DNA from: Myxococcota bacterium
GTDB taxonomy: Bacteria; Myxococcota_A; UBA9160; UBA6930
Direction of reading: 5' to 3'
Length of the DNA stretch: 64,000 bases
Assembly: GCA_028285625.1 (NCBI GenBank)
Contig: JANQOX010000018.1
Span: 19,245-83,244, forward strand
Each line of letters starts with the position of its first letter. The stretch's first letter is position 1. Positions 19,356-28,158 of this stretch are shown here, piece after piece. The notes beneath the pieces were generated by a model. The model did not search any database. It was not told the DNA's origin and saw nothing but the letters and a program-made list of their open reading frames with translations. Made by a program: the position numbers and the translations under genes.

Positions 19356-20522
19356 TCAGTCGGCGGCGGCGAGCGTCTCTCGAAGTGCGCCAGCGGCGTG
19401 GTCGGCGTCGTCCGTGGTGCTGGCGGGGCCGAAGCTCAGTCGCAGTGCGCCGTCGGGCCAGGTGCCCAGGGACTGATGGGCCAGCGGCGCACAGTGGAGG
19501 CCGCCTGAGGCGGTCACGTCGCGGGCGGCGAGCCTGCGGGCGAGTTCGTTCGGTTCGAGGCGGTTCGATGTGAGCGCCACCGTCGGCATCGCCAGCTCGG
19601 CGCGTGCCGCGCCGTGGAGTGTGACGTCGGGCCCTTCGGTCGCGACTGCGCGAAGTGTGCTCGCCAGCGCGCGGGCCTTCGCGAGCCGGTCCGCACGCTC
19701 GGGCTCCGCGAGCCACTCGAGCCCCGCGGCCAGGCCCGCCAGCGCGGCGCGATCCACCGAGCCTACGTCGCATGGTCCTGGCGCCTGCTTGGTGGCGCCG
19801 GCCCAGGGGCTCTCGAATCGGACGTGGGGCGCCCGCAGCAGCCCGCCGATGCCCCAAGGTGCCTGGGGGCCCTTGTGCCCGGCAAAGGCGAACAGGTCGA
19901 ACGGGGATGCATCGAAGTCGACGTCGATCCAGCCGGCGGTCTGCGCCCCATCGACCAGGTGCAGCGCGCCGTACTCGTGTGCCAACCGCGCGATCGCTTC
20001 GATCGGCAGCTGCTCGCCGGTCACGTTGCAGGCGGCGGTGGTCGCGACCATGCGCACGCGGCCGGCGGAGAGGACTTCGCGCAAGCGCGTGACGTCGATG
20101 GGTTCCGTGGCCGTGGGAGGAACGACGATCGTCTCGACTCCCCTGCTCCGGAGCTGCTGTGCCGGGCGTTGCAGCGCATGGTGCTCGAGGCCGCTCAGCA
20201 CGATGCGATCACCGCGCTGCCACGGGTGGTCGGCCACGGCGACCGCCAACGCCTGGGTGGCGCCCGGGGTGAGCAGCAGCCGTTCGGTGTCCCCCACGCC
20301 GAACGCGCGCGCCACGGATTCGTGGTGCCGGTCGAATCCTTCGTCCGAAAGCTCGGGTGCGGCCAGGGTCTCGGCCACGGCGTCGCGCACGCAAGCCGGC
20401 TTCGGCCAACTCGTCCCGGCGTGGTTCAGATGGATCAAGACGCCGGTTCGCCTACGCACCCGGCCGGGTGGGCCCTTCGTATCGGTCTCGATCGCTGGGG
20501 ACGTCGCACGCCCCGCCAGCAT
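19356..20522 (-). CDS. Class V aminotransferase / cysteine desulfurase-like protein
   Basis: IHLNHAGTS N-terminus, and a FAGHKGPQAPWGIGG PLP-lysine region. The start is uncertain: ATG 20522 lies only 14 nt from the divergent neighbour's ATG. Confidence 0.7.
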   Translation of the reverse strand: MLAGRATSPAIETDTKGPPGRVRRRTGVLIHLNHAGTSWPKPACVRDAVAETLAAPELSDEGFDRHHESVARAFGVGDTERLLLTPGATQALAVAVADHPWQRGDRIVLSGLEHHALQRPAQQLRSRGVETIVVPPTATEPIDVTRLREVLSAGRVRMVATTAACNVTGEQLPIEAIARLAHEYGALHLVDGAQTAGWIDVDFDASPFDLFAFAGHKGPQAPWGIGGLLRAPHVRFESPWAGATKQAPGPCDVGSVDRAALAGLAAGLEWLAEPERADRLAKARALASTLRAVATEGPDVTLHGAARAELAMPTVALTSNRLEPNELARRLAARDVTASGGLHCAPLAHQSLGTWPDGALRLSFGPASTTDDADHAAGALRETLAAAD

Positions 20523-20536
20523 ATACTGAGCCGGGC

Positions 20537-21118
20537 ATGACGGCCGAGTCCGCTCCGCGCATCGACCACTGGATGCCCAGATGGGACTTCTCGGAGTTCC
20601 ACGAGACGCGGGTGGCCGCATCCCCCGAGCAGACCTGGGACGCGATCCAGACCATCGATCTCGCCGAGCACCGTGTAGCCCGCGCCATCCTCGCGATGCG
20701 CGGGCTTCCGGGCCGCCTCATGGGCCGAGGCCGTACCGGCCCGCCCGCGCGCATCACCCTCGACGACTTCGAGGCCCAGGGCTTCGTGCCGCTCGAGTCG
20801 CTTCCGCACCGTGAGCTGATCATCGGCCTGACCGGCCGCTTCTGGCGACCGACCGGCGGGATCGAGACCACCGACCCCGCGACCTTCCACGAGCCCGTGC
20901 CCGCCGGGCTCGCGCGCGTGGCCTGGAACTTCCTGCTCACGCCGGGCGCGGGCGGTACGCATCTCTCGACCGAGACCCGCATCCTCTGCGCCGACCCCGG
21001 CACGCGCCGTCGCTTCGGCGCCTACTGGTTCCTGATCCGCGGCGGCAGCGGCCTGCTGCGCCGCTTCATGCTCGGCATGATCCGAGAGCAGGCGGAGGCG
21101 ACCGCGGCCGCGCCGTAG
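20537..21118 (+). CDS. Hypothetical protein, SRPBCC/DUF2867-like
   Basis: High-GC3 coding frame of 193 aa. The sequence style (RFWRPTGG..., AWNFLLTP...THLSTETR) resembles SRPBCC-fold proteins. The function call is weak. Confidence 0.55.
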   Translation: MTAESAPRIDHWMPRWDFSEFHETRVAASPEQTWDAIQTIDLAEHRVARAILAMRGLPGRLMGRGRTGPPARITLDDFEAQGFVPLESLPHRELIIGLTGRFWRPTGGIETTDPATFHEPVPAGLARVAWNFLLTPGAGGTHLSTETRILCADPGTRRRFGAYWFLIRGGSGLLRRFMLGMIREQAEATAAAP

Positions 21119-21135
21119 CGCGGGCCGGCGTCGCT

Positions 21136-22290
21136 TCATCCAGCTTCCACTGGATTTGGATCCAGCTCGCGGACTGGATTTGGATCCAGTTCGGCTGCGC
21201 CAAGCGAATCGTGCGCTGGACCCGAGCGCGCGAAGGTTCGCATGTGCCGCTCGCCGAAGTCCTGGAATGCGTGGTGTGTGTTGTGGGCGCGGCAACGGAG
21301 GCTGATCTCGTGGGGGTCGTGCCGGCGGTTCCGTGCCCAGGGCTTCGTGTGGTGGAACTCGACGAAGCCCGTCTCGGTACAGCGGCGTCCGTCGTCTGCG
21401 ACGAAGGCACAGCGGCCCTCGTCGCGTTCCACGACCTCGCGGCGGACGGCTGCGGGGATGTGCCGGGACCCAGGGCGGCCCGGTTGAGGCTGGTCGCCGG
21501 TCTTGGGGCCACGCGGCTGCGCGACGGCGGCGAACTTCTGCTTACGTACCTTGGCGAGCAACTCGGCAATGGCACGCGCGAGTACTTTGGCCAGATCACC
21601 GTCCGGGATCTGGTGCCGCAGCAGCGCTCGAAGCTCGAGAAGCTCGCGGTGACAGGTCTCGTCAGCCATGAACCGGACCGCGTAGCGGGAGTTGCCGAGG
21701 GGCTCGGGCCGTGGTGCTGCTTCGCCAGGTTGCTCTCGACCGGACGTGGCAGATCCAGTCGGGGTAGGGGCCTCGGGAGCCGGCGAGGCATGCGAGTGGG
21801 CCGGCTGCGCCGTAGGCGCCGTCGCCGAAGGCTTCACGGGCTTACTGGCGCCGGCGGGGACGACCCGCCGTACCCCAGCATTCAGGTCCGCTCTCGGGCG
21901 CAGGTCTGCAACCATGCATCGCACTTCCTCCACACTGCGATGGCGGGCTCTCGCGAGCAATCGGTCGACGTTCGGTCCTTGGAGATGTGGCGCCAGCAGG
22001 CTCGCGGCCGTCAGGTGGATCTCGCCTGCGCGCAATGCGGCGACCAGCGCCGGGTGTTTGCGCGCGGCGCGTGCTACGGCGATGCGCTTGTAGGCGACAC
22101 CCTCGGCCAGGTGCAGCACTTCGACGCAGTAGCGGAACATCGAAGCGCAGCCCGCGGGCAGGTAGAGACGCCGCGCATCGACCTCGCCCAGGTGCAGAAC
22201 GAGATCGGCCTCGAGGGCCTGCTCGCGTGCGACCAGGGCACGCAGTCGAGCCAGCAATTCGGGGCTCGGTACGCCGGACAGGGGAGACAT
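21136..22290 (-). CDS. DUF222-like N-terminal domain plus HNH endonuclease
   Basis: C-terminal HNH motif (CAFVADDGRRCTETGFVEFHHTKPWARNRRHDPHEISLRCRAHNTHHA). The N-terminus (ARRLYLPAGCASMFRYCVEVLHL...ALRAGEIHLTAASLLAPHL) resembles DUF222/13E12-type proteins. The last about 18 codons read through the left repeat array (ELDPNPVRELDPNPV). Confidence 0.85.
   Translation of the reverse strand: MSPLSGVPSPELLARLRALVAREQALEADLVLHLGEVDARRLYLPAGCASMFRYCVEVLHLAEGVAYKRIAVARAARKHPALVAALRAGEIHLTAASLLAPHLQGPNVDRLLARARHRSVEEVRCMVADLRPRADLNAGVRRVVPAGASKPVKPSATAPTAQPAHSHASPAPEAPTPTGSATSGREQPGEAAPRPEPLGNSRYAVRFMADETCHRELLELRALLRHQIPDGDLAKVLARAIAELLAKVRKQKFAAVAQPRGPKTGDQPQPGRPGSRHIPAAVRREVVERDEGRCAFVADDGRRCTETGFVEFHHTKPWARNRRHDPHEISLRCRAHNTHHAFQDFGERHMRTFARSGPAHDSLGAAELDPNPVRELDPNPVEAG
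21138..21189. repeat. Palindrome-containing repeat array (24-bp period), left flank of HNH gene
   Basis: ATCCAG (21138-21143), then CTGGAT-TTGG-ATCCAG at 21150-21165 and again at 21174-21189. Confidence 0.85.
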
Positions 22291-22338
22291 CGCGACCTCA
22301 CGGGACGGCGGGGCGAGGTCACATTCAGCCTAACATAG

Positions 22339-22395
22339 ATCCTGGACTCGTGAACTGGATTTGAATCCAGTTCTCGGACTGGATCTACATCCAGT
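22339..22395. repeat. Palindrome-containing repeat array (24-bp period), right flank of HNH gene
   Basis: Degenerate ATCCTGGACTCG, then CTGGAT-TTGA-ATCCAG (22355-22370) and CTGGAT-CTAC-ATCCAG (22379-22394). It lies 65-105 nt upstream of the HNH ATG. Confidence 0.85.
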
Positions 22396-22430
22396 CGGGG
22401 AAGCGCGGTCTCGCGGGCGAAGGGCGTGCA

Positions 22431-22769
22431 GTGCGCGATACGATCCGCCCCATGGTGCTCGAAGTCGCGATTCTCGAGGTGCGTCCGGGGGAGGCCGATC
22501 GATTCCAGGCGGCGTTTCGAGAGGCGCAGTCGATCGTGGCGTCGACGCCCGGCTACCAGCGTCACGAGTTGCGACGCTGCATGGAGCAGGGTGACCGCCA
22601 CCTCTTGCTCGTCTGGTGGGACGACCTCGAGAGCCACACCGAGGGGTTTCGTGGCTCGCCGGGCTACCGCCGTTGGAGCGAGTTGCTGCACCCGTTCTAC
22701 GACCCGTTCCCCGTGGTGGAGCACTACGTCGCGGTCGAGGGCGCGACCGGACCCGACGCGTTGGGCTAG
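22431..22769 (+). CDS. Antibiotic-biosynthesis-monooxygenase (ABM) domain protein
   Basis: Ferredoxin-like ABM pattern (VLEVAILEVRPGEADRFQAAF ... LLLVWWDDLESHTEGFRGS). GTG 22431 with GAAGGG upstream; ATG 22452 is the alternative start. Confidence 0.75.
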   Translation: MRDTIRPMVLEVAILEVRPGEADRFQAAFREAQSIVASTPGYQRHELRRCMEQGDRHLLLVWWDDLESHTEGFRGSPGYRRWSELLHPFYDPFPVVEHYVAVEGATGPDALG

Positions 22770-23656
22770 TCGGCCTTGTCGCTTCGCCCCGGGGCGACCG
22801 GTGCGGTGATCGGGATGTAGTCGAGGGGGTTCACGGTGCCCTCGCCGCGCTTTGGGCCCGACCAGCGTTCGCCGGCGTGTTCGCCGCGGACCACGCGGTA
22901 GGGACGCTGCAGGACGGCGTCGCCGGCCCAGGCCCACTCGCAGTCGGTGGCGCAGTAGTGCGCAGAGATGGCACGCCGGAAGCCCTGGGTGCGGTTGCGG
23001 CCCGAGCCGTGGATGAGCACGGGGTGGAAGAACACCGTGTCGCCGGGGTCCATCTCCAGGTGCACGCGCGGCGCGTCGGCGCCCACGCCCTTGGCACCCC
23101 AGTAGGCGGCGTTCACGAAGTCCCAGTCCATGTTCTCGTGCTCCAGCAACTCGCCGGTGTGGCTGCCGGGGACCACCACGAGGCAGCCGTTCTCCTTCGT
23201 CACCGGCTCGAGCGCGGTCCAGGTCGCGACCATCTTCTCCGCCGGGCGGAAAGGGAAGTAGAGCAGGTCCTGATGGAGGGGATGGCGGCCGTCCACGTTG
23301 GGCGGCTTGTTGATCAGCATGGTGTGCAGGGTGAAGACGTCGTGGCCCACGAAGCGCTCGACGCAGTCGAGCAGCCGGTCGTCGTTCACGTAGCCCCAGA
23401 GCACCGGATCGTTCTCGTAGTCCTGCACCTTGGCCACGGCTTCGAGCCGGCTCCTGGTCTCCACGGCACCCTTGACCACCATGACGTCGCGCATCACGAG
23501 CATGCGTTCGGCGGGCGCGACCTCGCCGTCCACGATGGCTTGCAGGCGCTCGAGCCACTGCTGCAGGCTGTCTTCGTCGAGCAGTCGCCTGGCGACGACG
23601 TAGCCGTCGCGGTGGTACTGCTCGAGCATCTCGTCGGTGATGGGGTTCGTCGCCAT
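22766..23656 (-). CDS. Phytanoyl-CoA dioxygenase (PhyH) family protein
   Basis: HPLHQDLLYFPF HxD motif and a distal His in FFHPVLIHGSGRN. Confidence 0.85.
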   Translation of the reverse strand: MATNPITDEMLEQYHRDGYVVARRLLDEDSLQQWLERLQAIVDGEVAPAERMLVMRDVMVVKGAVETRSRLEAVAKVQDYENDPVLWGYVNDDRLLDCVERFVGHDVFTLHTMLINKPPNVDGRHPLHQDLLYFPFRPAEKMVATWTALEPVTKENGCLVVVPGSHTGELLEHENMDWDFVNAAYWGAKGVGADAPRVHLEMDPGDTVFFHPVLIHGSGRNRTQGFRRAISAHYCATDCEWAWAGDAVLQRPYRVVRGEHAGERWSGPKRGEGTVNPLDYIPITAPVAPGRSDKAD

Positions 23657-23853
23657 GTCTTCTCCGTGAGCCCCAAGGGGCCGCAGCCGCCGTGAATACG
23701 GCTAGCAGACCTGTGCCGAGGCGCCGAAGCCACACAGGCACGCGCGGTTCGACCGACCCCGGCCCTTGTGTTAACCCTTGCGCCGATTCCGCCCCGTTGT
23801 CGCGTCCTTACGCGATCAGGGCGGTTCCCCCCGCCCGGAGCCCGGAGCCGAAT

Positions 23854-24762
23854 TTGGCGTACAGCCCCGCCCAGAGAGCGGCCGAACCCCTGAGCGGTTC
23901 GGCGATCGTGCGCAGCTACGCAGACCTCACCAAGCCGCGTCTGCTGCCGATGGTGTTGTTTACGGGCCTGCCCGTGCTGTTCATGACCGCGGGTCCGGCG
24001 CCCACGCCGGTGTTCGCGCTGCTGGTGCTGCTGGGCATCGCGCTGGCCGCGGCCTCGGCCAATACGCTGAACGCCTACATCGAGCGGGACAAGGATGCGC
24101 TCATGGAGCGCACCCGCGAGCGGCCGCTCCCGGCGGGGCGCATTGCCCCGGGCGCCGCTCTGGCCTTCGGACTGGCCCTGGCTGCCCTGAGCACGGGGCT
24201 GCTCTACGCCGTGGCGGGTGCGCCCGCCGCCTGGCTCGGCGTGGCGAGCATCCTGTTCTACGTCTTCGTCTACACGATCTGGCTCAAGCCGCGTTCGGCC
24301 TGGAACGCCGTGATCGGCGGGGCCGCCGGCGCGGCGGCGCCGCTCATCGCCGATGCCGCCGTCAACGGCAGCGTCGGGGCACCGGGCCTGCTGCTGTTCG
24401 GCATCGTGTTCTTCTGGCAGCCGCCCCACGTCTGGGCGATCGCCCTCTACCGCAAGGCCGACTACGAGGCCGCCGGCATTCCCATGCTGCCGAGCGTGAT
24501 CGGCGACGAGAAGGCTCGGCACCGGGTGCTGCTCTACACCTTCGGCCTGGTCCCTGTGACCCTGGCTCCGGTGGCGCTGGGCCTGCTCGGCAACGTCTAT
24601 CTGGCCGTCGCCCTCGGCATGAATGCCTGGTTCGTCTGGGCCGCCGTGCGCCTGCTGCGTGAGCGCACCGACGACGCGGCGCGCCGCATGTTCCGCGTGT
24701 CGCTCGCCTACCTGTTCGCGCTGTTCCTCGCCATGAACGTGGAGCTCCTCGCGGGCCTCTAG
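23854..24762 (+). CDS. ctaB: Protoheme IX farnesyltransferase (heme O synthase)
   Basis: UbiA-family sequence: YADLTKPRLL, NTLNAYIERDKDALMERT (Asp-rich motif), FFWQPPHVWAIAL. The start is uncertain: TTG 23854 (GGAG 6 nt upstream) or GTG 23908. Confidence 0.85.
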   Translation: MAYSPAQRAAEPLSGSAIVRSYADLTKPRLLPMVLFTGLPVLFMTAGPAPTPVFALLVLLGIALAAASANTLNAYIERDKDALMERTRERPLPAGRIAPGAALAFGLALAALSTGLLYAVAGAPAAWLGVASILFYVFVYTIWLKPRSAWNAVIGGAAGAAAPLIADAAVNGSVGAPGLLLFGIVFFWQPPHVWAIALYRKADYEAAGIPMLPSVIGDEKARHRVLLYTFGLVPVTLAPVALGLLGNVYLAVALGMNAWFVWAAVRLLRERTDDAARRMFRVSLAYLFALFLAMNVELLAGL

Positions 24763-25949
24763 TGGCGGACGCCGTGCGGAGCCGGGCGGCCCTTCCGACC
24801 CTGTTCGGCGTGGTCATCGTCGATCTCGTCGGTTTCGGGATCGTGATGCCCGTGCTGCCGTTCTTCGCGCGCAGCCTCGAGGCCGACGCCCTCACCCTGG
24901 GCCTGCTCTTCACGAGCTACGCGGCGATGCAGTTCGTGTTTGCGCCGCTCTGGGGCCGGCTCTCCGACCGGATCGGACGCCGGCCGGTGCTGCTGCTCAC
25001 CATCGCGGGCACCGCGGGGTCGCTGCTGCTGCTGGGGTTTGCGGAGACGCTGCCCGTGCTGTTCCTGGCGCGCCTGCTGGGCGGCGCGTTCGCCGCCAAC
25101 GTGAGCGTGGCCACGGCCTACGTGGCCGACGTGGTGGACCCGGACGAGCGCACCACCTGGATGGGGCGGATCGGGGCCTCGTTTGCGGTTGGATTCGTGC
25201 TCGGCCCGGCGCTCGGGGCGCTGCTCTCGCCGCTCGGGCACCACGTGCCTTTGCTGGCCGCGGCGGGGCTGGCAGCCGCCAACTGGGTGCTCGCGGCCGC
25301 CGTGCTGCCCGAACCCGAGCGGCGCGAGTCGACCGCCTCCGGCCCGAGCAGCCGCTTCGAGGCGCTGCGCTTGCCCGGCGTGGCCCGGCTGTGCGGCATC
25401 TACCTGATCTTCAGCGTCGCGGTCACGCAGCTCGAGGTGGTCTTCGCCTGGTTCACCCAGGACCGCCTGGGCTGGGAGGCCTGGCAGTTCGGGACCCTGC
25501 TGGTGGGAATGGCGGTGCTCATGGGCGCCGTGCAGGGCGGTGCGATCAAGCCGCTGGTGGCGCGCTTCGGCGAGCGATCGCTGGTGATCGGCGGCTGCGC
25601 CGTGCTGGCGGTGGCCTTCCTGCTGCTGCCGTTCCAGGCCGCGCTGGGTTCGCTGGTGGCGGTGCTGGCCGTTGCCGCCGTCGGCCGGGGCGTGGCCCAG
25701 CCGCCGCTCATGGGGCTGGCCTCGCAATCGACCGACGCCGGCAGCCAGGGCGTGGTCATGGGCACTTTCCAGTCCAGCGCTTCGCTGGCGCGGGTGATCG
25801 GACCGTTGGCGGCGGGGCTCTACGATCTCTCGCCGATCGCGCCGTTCCACCTGGCGGGGGGCTTGCTGCTGGTGGCGGCGGTGCTGGCCACGTCGCTTCC
25901 CGAGGGCGAGGGCCGAGGCGCCTCGACCGCGGCGGGCTCGGAGGCCTGA
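24762..25949 (+). CDS. MFS transporter (Tet/TCR-like)
   Basis: 12-TM pattern with MFS motif A (GRLSDRIGRRPVL). GTG start overlaps the ctaB stop by 1 nt. Confidence 0.8.
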   Translation: MADAVRSRAALPTLFGVVIVDLVGFGIVMPVLPFFARSLEADALTLGLLFTSYAAMQFVFAPLWGRLSDRIGRRPVLLLTIAGTAGSLLLLGFAETLPVLFLARLLGGAFAANVSVATAYVADVVDPDERTTWMGRIGASFAVGFVLGPALGALLSPLGHHVPLLAAAGLAAANWVLAAAVLPEPERRESTASGPSSRFEALRLPGVARLCGIYLIFSVAVTQLEVVFAWFTQDRLGWEAWQFGTLLVGMAVLMGAVQGGAIKPLVARFGERSLVIGGCAVLAVAFLLLPFQAALGSLVAVLAVAAVGRGVAQPPLMGLASQSTDAGSQGVVMGTFQSSASLARVIGPLAAGLYDLSPIAPFHLAGGLLLVAAVLATSLPEGEGRGASTAAGSEA

Positions 25950-26359
25950 TGGATCTCGGCTTCCTGCCCACCGTGAACGCGGCGCTCAACGGCGTGGCGA
26001 CCGTGCTGCTGATCGTGGGCCGGGTGCTGGTGCACCGCGGTCGCATCGAGGCCCATCGGCGCACCATGATCGCCGCCTTCGGGGTGAGCAGCGTCTTCCT
26101 GCTCTTCTACGTGCTGCACAAGTGGTCGAAAAACTTCGAGAACACGGTGTACGAGGGCGAGTACCGCGGGGTCTACCTCGCGATCCTCGGCACCCACCTG
26201 GTGCTGGCGATGGCGGTGCCGGTGATGGCGATCCGGCTGCTCGTGCTCGGCACGCGCGGCGACCTGCCGCGGCACCGGAGGCTGGCGCGGATCGCCTGGC
26301 CCATCTGGATCTACGTGTCGGTCACCGGGGTGGTGATCTACGCGATGCTGTATCTGTAG
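25949..26359 (+). CDS. DUF420-family membrane protein (CtaM-like oxidase accessory protein)
   Basis: 136 aa with 4 TM segments (LPTVNAALNGVATVLLIVG..., HRRTMIAAF, ILGTHLVLAM, HRRLARIAWPIWIYVSVTG). ATG overlaps the MFS stop (TGATG). Confidence 0.75.
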   Translation: MDLGFLPTVNAALNGVATVLLIVGRVLVHRGRIEAHRRTMIAAFGVSSVFLLFYVLHKWSKNFENTVYEGEYRGVYLAILGTHLVLAMAVPVMAIRLLVLGTRGDLPRHRRLARIAWPIWIYVSVTGVVIYAMLYL

Positions 26360-26620
26360 CCCCGCGGGGGCTCCCGAGCGCCTGCGAGCGGCCTCAAAGT
26401 GCGGATTTCGTTCACGAATCCGAGCGGTTGGGGCACTCCGCAACGCTCTTGAGAAGCGTACTCGCATGGGCTAACTCCCGGTCGCGGAAACGGGGCGCCA
26501 GGGGCCGTCCGTGTCCGTCCTCCGGGAGGTGTCCGTGGCGCGAGCCATGGGGCACCGTCGTGCCGCCGGGCGCGCGTCTCGTGGGCCTTCGAAGGATTGC
26601 AAGGAGCGGTCGAGGATCTG

Positions 26621-27301
26621 ATGGCAGCGAGAAAGGCGATCGCTGCCGCGGCCATGACGTTCGGACTCGTGCTCGCCGGTTCGCATGCGGTGGGTGCCGA
26701 GGACGCGTTGGCGCGCGGCGAAGAACTCTACAACCTGTGTGGGCAGTGCCACGGCGACGCCGGGCAGGGCAATCCGGAGGCGTTGGCGCCCGCGATCGCC
26801 GGGCTGCCCGACTGGTACGTCGAGAGCCAGGTGCTCAAGTTCTACGACGGCGTGCGGGGACTTCATCCGGACGACATCGGGGGCATGCGCATGCGGCCCA
26901 TGGCGATGTCGCTCTACCACCGCACCGCCGACCAGGGCCGCGAGCGGGCGGACGACGACATCAAAGCGATCGCCGCGTACGTGGCGGCCATGCCCGCTCT
27001 CGAGCCCGAGCCGGTGCTCACGGGCGGAGACCCCGCCAAGGGCGAGGCGACCTACGCGCTCTGCGTGGCCTGCCACGGCCCGGAGGGCATGGGCAACAAG
27101 GACCTGCAGTCCCCGCCCATCGTCAACACCCACGACTGGTACATGCTCACCCAGCTGCAGAACTACAAGTCGGGTGTGCGTGGCGCCGACCCCGGCGACA
27201 TGGCCGGCGCGACGATGCGCCCCATGGCCATGACGTTGGCGGACGAGCAGGCGATGAAGGACGTCATCGCTTACATCCTCACGCTCCGCGGCGAGCAGTA
27301 G
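26621..27301 (+). CDS. Diheme c-type cytochrome
   Basis: Signal peptide, then two CxxCH sites (CGQCHG and CVACHG), each followed by a Met-containing distal region. Confidence 0.85.
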   Translation: MAARKAIAAAAMTFGLVLAGSHAVGAEDALARGEELYNLCGQCHGDAGQGNPEALAPAIAGLPDWYVESQVLKFYDGVRGLHPDDIGGMRMRPMAMSLYHRTADQGRERADDDIKAIAAYVAAMPALEPEPVLTGGDPAKGEATYALCVACHGPEGMGNKDLQSPPIVNTHDWYMLTQLQNYKSGVRGADPGDMAGATMRPMAMTLADEQAMKDVIAYILTLRGEQ

Positions 27302-27310
27302 GAGAACCCC

Positions 27311-27415
27311 ATGGCCAAGGCCTGGCCCGCAGACGAACTCGCGCGGCGCACGTTCCTCGTTTCCATGGCAGGCGTCGGCGCGTTCATCGCCGTCGTCTTC
27401 CTGTTCATTCTCTAG
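27311..27415 (+). CDS. Small single-TM protein (34 aa), not in ORF track
   Basis: ATG 27311 is preceded by AGGAG (27300-27304). It translates to MAKAWPADELARRTFLVSMAGVGAFIAVVFLFIL, then TAG. GC3 is high. It fills the gap between the cytochrome c gene and coxII exactly. Confidence 0.55.
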   Translation: MAKAWPADELARRTFLVSMAGVGAFIAVVFLFIL

Positions 27416-27424
27416 GGGCACTGC

Positions 27425-28156
27425 ATGCTGGAGCTGTTGATTCCGCAGGCGTCGACCTTCGCTGGCGACATCGACTTCGTCATCGAGCTGATCTTCTGGA
27501 TCGTGCTCTTCTGGTGGGCACTCACCCAGGGCGCCTTCTGCTGGCTGATGTTCCGCTTCCGCCGCAAGGACGGCGTGAAGGCCGAGTACATCGACGGCAG
27601 CGAGACCTACCCGAAGAAGGTGATCACCTGGGCGCACATGGCGGTGCTGGTGTTCGACGTGGTGATCGTGGTCTACGCGGTGCAGGTCTGGCACAACGTG
27701 AAGATCACGCTGCCGCCCGCCGAGCAGACCGTGCGGGTGATCGGCCAGCAGTGGGCCTGGACGTTCGTCCACCCCGGCCCGGACGGCGAACTCGACACCG
27801 CCGACGACATCGCCATGAACGACGAACTGCACCTGCAGGTGAACACGCTCTACCACTACAAGCTCGAGTCGAAGGACGTGCTGCACAGCCTGTCGATCCC
27901 GGCCTTCCGGCTGAAGCAGGACGCGATCCCCGGCCGCGTGATCACGGGCTGGTTCGAGACCACCAAGACCGGCGACTATCTGTTCCAGTGCACCGAGATC
28001 TGCGGCATCGGCCACGCGCTGATGCCCGCTCGCGTGCTGATCGAGACGCCCGAGCAGCACGCCGCCTGGATGGCGGCGAACAGCCCGGTGTCCGTCGCGG
28101 CCCAGGCGCCGCAAGCCCCGGTTGCCGTCGCGCTCGGCGCGCCGGTGCAGGAGTAG
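27425..28156 (+). CDS. ctaC: Cytochrome c oxidase subunit II (no fused cytochrome c domain)
   Basis: Two N-terminal TM helices and the CuA motif CTEICGIGHALMP. Confidence 0.9.
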   Translation: MLELLIPQASTFAGDIDFVIELIFWIVLFWWALTQGAFCWLMFRFRRKDGVKAEYIDGSETYPKKVITWAHMAVLVFDVVIVVYAVQVWHNVKITLPPAEQTVRVIGQQWAWTFVHPGPDGELDTADDIAMNDELHLQVNTLYHYKLESKDVLHSLSIPAFRLKQDAIPGRVITGWFETTKTGDYLFQCTEICGIGHALMPARVLIETPEQHAAWMAANSPVSVAAQAPQAPVAVALGAPVQE

Positions 28157-28158
28157 TC

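Larger units (their letters stand above)
21138..22395 (-). mobile_element. Candidate selfish/mobile unit: single HNH ORF bracketed by REP-like palindromic arrays
   Basis: The same 16-18 nt palindrome, at the same 24-bp spacing, occurs about 2.5 times on each side of a lone endonuclease gene inserted between unrelated metabolic genes. No transposase or target-site duplication was identified. Confidence 0.35.

Noticed and set aside
21138-22395. CRISPR array interpretation of the 24-bp-period repeats, and of the other short tandem repeats.
   Set aside because: There are only 2-3 copies, the units abut each other with no unique spacers, and no cas genes are present. The units are palindromes typical of REP-like elements instead.
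23881-23903. 8-bp hairpin (GCCGAACC / GGTTCGGC) just upstream of GTG 23908, as a regulatory structure for ctaB.
   Set aside because: If ctaB starts at TTG 23854 (which has the better SD), the hairpin lies inside the coding sequence. There is no supporting evidence either way.
26402-26422. Bulged hairpin CGGATTTCG-TTCA-CGAATCCG 43 nt after the DUF420 stop, as a terminator or operator splitting the oxidase cluster.
   Set aside because: The stem is short and imperfect with no U-tract, and no second copy of the motif was found. It is mentioned only as a possible operon boundary.
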